DNA of 64,000 nucleotides from Bacteroidota bacterium (GTDB lineage Bacteria; Bacteroidota; Bacteroidia; Cytophagales; Cyclobacteriaceae): NCBI GenBank assembly GCA_024280115.1, contig JAJRQT010000230.1, positions 146 to 64,145 of the forward strand, read 5' to 3'. Shown piece by piece: positions 63,767 to 64,000 of this stretch (position 1 is its first letter; each line of letters starts with the position of its first letter). The notes under the pieces were generated by a model. It saw only the letters and a program-made list of their open reading frames with translations, ran no database searches and was not told where the DNA came from. The position numbers and the translations under genes were made by a program.

Positions 63767-64000
63767 ATGCAGAATTATAAAAAAATCAATAATATTTCGG
63801 GTTGGGCAATTTTCGCCATCTCAACTTTAGTTTTCTGGCTAACAGTTGAGCCGACAGCCAGCTATTGGGATTGTGGTGAATTTATCGCAGTTTCATATAA
63901 ATTGGAAGTCCCTCATCCTCCCGGAGCTCCCTTGTTTTTATTGATTGGCAGATTATTTTCCTTCTTTGCCATGGGCGATGTGGAGATGGTAGCCTATTGG
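63767..64000 (+). CDS. DUF2723-family (GT-C-like glycosyltransferase) membrane protein, 5' part only
   Basis: 'WAIFAISTLVFWLTVEPTASYWDCGEFIAVSYKLEVPHPPGAPLFLLIGR' is the characteristic DUF2723 N-terminus. The gene runs off the window end. Confidence 0.75.
   Translation, partial: MQNYKKINNISGWAIFAISTLVFWLTVEPTASYWDCGEFIAVSYKLEVPHPPGAPLFLLIGRLFSFFAMGDVEMVAYW

Noticed and set aside
1-64000. Search for CRISPR arrays, tRNA/rRNA genes, riboswitches, reverse transcriptases (retron/DGR) and toxin-antitoxin pairs.
   Set aside because: I saw no regularly spaced direct repeats, no T-loop-like GGTTCGAAT-type motifs or rRNA-like GC-rich blocks, and no RT or classic TA motifs in the ORF set. By-eye scanning of 64 kb is not exhaustive, so tRNAscan-SE, Infernal/Rfam and a CRISPR finder should be run to confirm.

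Overview
The window is a low-GC chromosomal segment, almost certainly from a Bacteroidota (Flavobacteriia/Cytophagia-like) genome. Evidence for this: a PorT-like gene, a PKD-repeat protein with a T9SS C-terminal sorting domain, a divergent xerD-aroQ pair, TAnnTTTG -7 promoter motifs, and a DUF2723 gene. Coding density is high. I support about 57 protein genes and found no rRNA, tRNA or CRISPR array by eye. Layout: (1) 0.5-7.6 kb holds same-strand secreted or lipoprotein genes of unknown function, including a tandem paralog pair, a Met-rich protein and a decayed small gene. (2) 5.9-10.9 kb holds a lipoprotein with an aerolysin/ETX-MTX2-like pore-forming module, followed by an exported TPR-CHAT caspase-like protease whose reading frame breaks at an A10 run. 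(3) 10.9-19.2 kb (minus strand) is a lipid-type enzyme cluster: acyl-ACP desaturase, metallophosphoesterase, GMC-oxidoreductase/hydrolase fusion, SRPBCC protein, hydrolase and a membrane protein. (4) 19.5-23 kb holds a YD-repeat protein, an IS3-family transposase relic and an orphan helical protein. (5) 23-26 kb is housekeeping: xerD, aroQ, marC, rnhA and a tRNA methyltransferase. (6) 26.5-36.5 kb is, in my view, the most interesting block: cheR, a receiver-less cheB, a GAF protein, a Cache-HAMP-GAF-PAS-PAS-PP2C sensor, a SiaB-like kinase, a SiaC-like phosphoprotein and a TerB-ABCG transporter. No diguanylate cyclase, CheA or CheW lies nearby. (7) 37-44 kb is mixed housekeeping and envelope genes: SDR, porT-like, ubiE, an OmpA/TolB-like protein and engB. 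(8) 44.5-55.4 kb is a polysaccharide locus (flippase, pyruvyl transferase, wecB, three glycosyltransferases) followed by a 1192-aa PKD/T9SS surface protein. (9) 55.7-64 kb holds a coiled-coil protein, an Lrp regulator, a phosphoribosyltransferase, panB and a second envelope-glycan group. All family assignments come from motif recognition by eye. No database search or structure prediction was run.
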